From positions 186,001 to 250,000 of the forward strand of contig NIVC01001511.1 of assembly GCA_002269645.1 (NCBI GenBank): DNA of 64,000 nt, read 5' to 3'. The position numbers and the translations under genes are program-made. The stretch's first letter is position 1, and each line of letters starts with the position of its first letter. The DNA is from Macrostomum lignano (Eukaryota). Below the pieces are notes generated by a model. That model saw only the letters and a program-made list of their open reading frames with translations, searched no databases and had not been told where the DNA came from. Below, in pieces: positions 60,657 to 64,000 of this stretch.

Positions 60657-61952
60657 ATGAACGACCCACTGACACCAGTTTTCTATAAGATTAACAAACC
60701 CATTTTGAGTGATGACAGCACTATTAAAGCGACACAAGTTAGAGTTCCGAGTCACGAGAACCAGAATGAAACTAATTTGGGTCCAGGTCAAACGCTGACT
60801 TTCACATACAACGGTTGTTCGTCGTTGGTCAGTGTCCACAGTCTAAGGAGCGGCTTCTATATGACGTTTCAATTCAAAACTAAAGGAGGCGCAGACGCCG
60901 CTCATGCTAATGATGATCTACACAATGCAAATGTCGCACTAACCAGTAATTTCTGGGCTTATATGTTCAAAGAGTTTAATGTGTCCAATGGAAGTACAGA
61001 GTTGGAAAGAATAGCAAACTTTGGTGTGGTCTATGATACCCAGTGCTTGATTGAGAACCCGGATTTTATTCAGATGGGGAGCGGTGCTGGATTCATCCCC
61101 AATGAACAGACAGGAGATGAGAATGACCCTGGTTACAAAAAGAGAAAGGAGAGATACAACTATGCTCTTGCTGGTGAGAACGATGCTGCTAAGAATCCGC
61201 TGTTTAGGTCTGTAGATATTTTTGTACCTTTGAGGTTTATGAGTGGTTTCTGTAATAGTTTCAATCGGTTGACAAGCAACTTTAGCTACACATTTAGACT
61301 GACTAGAGATGAATGGAACAGAGGAATTTGGTCGGGGGCCAATCATACATCGATGGAGATTAAGCTAACTAGCGTGGAGCTGTACTTAGAAATTATTGAG
61401 CCCAAGACTGCACTCAAAGCTGAATACTTGAAGGCGATTGAGAAAGACATTGATGTTGCTTATACAGCTTATATGTGCAGAGATGAGCGGAATGACGCAA
61501 GACACAATATTTGCATTAAAGAAGGCTCCTGTAGCAATCCAAGGTACATTATTGTCACTATGAGGAGTACGACTAATGTAGGTAGCTATCTACATGGAAA
61601 CGTTCGATCGATTCAACATGAGATCAGTGACAATTTATACCCTGCATTGCCACAAAATGGGAATTTCTCGGAGAACAAGATTAGTAAGTTTTACAATGAA
61701 CTGTCGGACCTGGCTGTCAAAGAGAATAACGGTATTGTTTTGACAACCTTGCAGTATAAAAAACTATATCCAATATTTGGTGTTGATGTGACTGCTAGAC
61801 AAATGCCTACAGACAATAGCCCTGTTAACATTGTGACTAATATCGAGCGGAAAGAATTTGGTGCCGCAACGGCTGTTGATCTGTTTATTATCTATGCATT
61901 TGAGAGTAAAATCAAGGTCAATATGATCAATAACTCGTCTAGTAAAGTTTGA
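60657..61952 (+). CDS. Major capsid protein (double jelly-roll, Polinton/adintovirus hexon-like), intact 431 aa
   Basis: Intronless AT-rich ORF; motifs DDSTI, DIFVPLRFMSGF..F..TFRLTR, PRYIIV, LYP..Q..F, LYPIFGVDVT follow the recalled Polinton MCP pattern; located next to a penton-like gene. Confidence 0.85.
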   Translation: MNDPLTPVFYKINKPILSDDSTIKATQVRVPSHENQNETNLGPGQTLTFTYNGCSSLVSVHSLRSGFYMTFQFKTKGGADAAHANDDLHNANVALTSNFWAYMFKEFNVSNGSTELERIANFGVVYDTQCLIENPDFIQMGSGAGFIPNEQTGDENDPGYKKRKERYNYALAGENDAAKNPLFRSVDIFVPLRFMSGFCNSFNRLTSNFSYTFRLTRDEWNRGIWSGANHTSMEIKLTSVELYLEIIEPKTALKAEYLKAIEKDIDVAYTAYMCRDERNDARHNICIKEGSCSNPRYIIVTMRSTTNVGSYLHGNVRSIQHEISDNLYPALPQNGNFSENKISKFYNELSDLAVKENNGIVLTTLQYKKLYPIFGVDVTARQMPTDNSPVNIVTNIERKEFGAATAVDLFIIYAFESKIKVNMINNSSSKV

Positions 61953-61974
61953 ATAATTTTTTTTCAATAAAAAA

Positions 61975-62832
61975 ATGGAAGCCATAGCCGAAAGACTAAA
62001 CAACATTGTTTCACACTCTAAGGAGAGCATTCCAATCACTATAGCGGGTCGCATTACTGAGTCAAACGGAATCTTCATTCAAAAATTGGAGCAACCACTT
62101 CGTTTGGATCCCGAGGCGAATTACCACGTCTATCTCAACGATTTCACTGGGTGGTCAAATGTTCCCAATGTGACAGCGGAAAATAACAAGTTTTATTAAA
62201 AATGGAAGCGTACTACAACAGAGGTTGTGATATTTCCTGTCAGCACACAGAGCGTGGATACTTATAATTACTTCTTGGAGAACGTCTTCACTAAACGAAA
62301 GCATTTTGAGATACCGGATGAAAGCAAACCAGAAAATAAACTGTTCCCTGTTAGATTAACTTATGATCTAACTGTCATGAGAGTTGTCTTGCAAGTTCAT
62401 AAGGACGCAGAGGTAGAGTTTAAAGATGGCACTTGGTATCGCGAGTTGGGATTTGAAAAGAGAGTTTATGGTGGCGCCACAGACCAAAGCCCGCCGCAGG
62501 CGCCTGGCACTGTTGCTGTGTCCCGGCTAATATCCGGTATGTACTTGGCGCCAAATATCGCTGACATTGTCAAAGGTTTGAATATATTAATTCGCAGCAA
62601 TCTGAGCCATGATTGGATATTCAAGGGCAAACGAACCAACATACTTTTTAACATTTCAAACTCTGTTGCTGGTGGCAAAATGCTTGTGCAAAAGCCAAAC
62701 CCCGTGAAAAGAGTGATTCTGAGTAATAGAGAGATACATGAAATCGTTCTGCAGTTTGAAACAGAGGATGGAGTTGGTGTCGATTTTAACGGGGAAGAGT
62801 TTGTGCTAACAATTATTTTTGAGAGAATGTGA
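61975..62832 (+). pseudogene. Minor capsid protein (penton, single jelly-roll) with one in-frame stop
   Basis: NVPNVTAENNKFY then TAA at 62197-62199; same frame continues to ELGFE..NILIRSNL..PNP..IVLQFETEDG..VDFNGEEFVLTI, the typical Polinton penton C-terminus. Confidence 0.85.
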
Positions 62833-64000
62833 GTCGTCTTCAGACTTGTAAAATTACGATATAAGCCGCCAGGTACATCCTTGTAGTTGGCTACTACAAC
62901 TGCCTTATAACTTCAGCAAAGTTATAGTAGCTGTCGTAATCTTTTACGTAGGTTACTCCATACTTAAGAAGCCGGTGTCTTTGCATGGAGAGCTAGATTA
63001 ATATTAGGGACATTGATATCAACGCCGGGCCAATATTTTCTCATGTATTCGCTGCATTTCTTCTTGCATCGGTACTTACTCTTGTAATTAGGCTCGTGCG
63101 CTTTGTAATAAGAACCTGGAGAGACAACTGGAAACATTTTTATTGAGAATTTAATTTTTTTCAAAGGGTAAGGACCCTGCGCTGATGATTTAAAGTCTTT
63201 GGGATCTGGTTTCGCGAATTGAATGTGGGGGAGAAGAATGCAGATTATTTTCTGATTGTTTCGAAGATGCTATGGGTGGATCTCAGTGGATTATGTAGGA
63301 CACCTGTTATGCTCTGATTCTGTCGGGGATAATATGGATGGATTTAGGAGCAAGTGCGACCCCCCCTTTTTTCTGATTCTGTCGGGGATAATATGGATGG
63401 ATTTAATGGGATTATGGAGGACGTGAAAAATTTTGTCCCAAAAGCCCCCTCATGCATTCTACTTAGTTCAGATTCAGCGCCAAATCAGGCCCAGTCCCAC
63501 TCTTATATTGCCGACTGGGATCTATAGCGGGCGAGCCTATCTAACCATAATAAATAATCGATAACATAACAAATAAGTCTGAGTGCTACCGCTACAAAAA
63601 CCGCCTCCGTTATTCGTCTTCGTCATTTGACCGTGTCGTCTTTAATCGTCACACAATGATCTGACCAGAGTCAGAATATTCTGAACCATGCCGAGCAAGT
63701 GTATTTGTAACTGATTTGAACTTTATCGATATTCTGACTCGAAATCTGATAGATATCAGTGAAAAGTGCAGGTTAAGCCAGTTTATGGGGAAATAAAATA
63801 TCAGCACAATGTATAATGTATAAAAACTCAGTACAACATTTCAGTACAACATTTCGAGCATCTTTCTGCATAGAATTTATCAGCGTTCTAGTTAGAAAAT
63901 ATGCAATAAATTCACTCCGTGTTCGTTCCCTATCCGAATTTTTTTCGTTCCAACGTATTTCCCCGTCTCTCAGTTGGCTCTCTCCAAGCCCAGCTTCGTC

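Noticed and set aside
60657-62832. Bacteriophage or bacterial contamination
   Set aside because: Motifs are Polinton-type, starts have AAAATG context without Shine-Dalgarno, and the genes are contiguous with host repeats
36200-64000. Polinton terminal inverted repeats or (AG)n/AGT termini
   Set aside because: No inverted match between the left flank and 63.4-64 kb could be seen by eye

Overview
Eukaryotic (metazoan) genomic DNA. GC-rich exons, GT-AG introns and extreme intronic minisatellite load suggest a free-living flatworm such as Macrostomum (inference only). Left half (1-34.4 kb): three minus-strand host genes, namely exon 1 of a secreted FAD-dependent oxidoreductase, a single-coding-exon BAP18/C17orf49 homologue, and a 13-exon CEP135/Bld10 gene that I could splice in frame by hand (4014 nt, 1337 aa). 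Ten of the 12 CEP135 introns carry their own tandem repeats. Intron 8 also holds a tRNA-derived SINE and a very young Ty3/Gypsy (Mag-like) LTR retrotransposon with apparently identical 204-bp LTRs and a 5-bp TSD. Right half (36-64 kb): an endogenous Polinton/adintovirus-like DNA virus remnant. Its packaging ATPase and accessory genes lie on the minus strand at 37.6-41.1 kb, and its major and minor capsid genes lie on the plus strand at 60.7-62.8 kb. The two blocks are separated by a ~19.5-kb head-to-tail stack of non-autonomous Helitron-like elements that carry internal satellites and tRNA-like segments. No pPolB, integrase, protease, TIRs or RepHel gene is visible in the window. All homology calls are from recalled motifs, not database searches.
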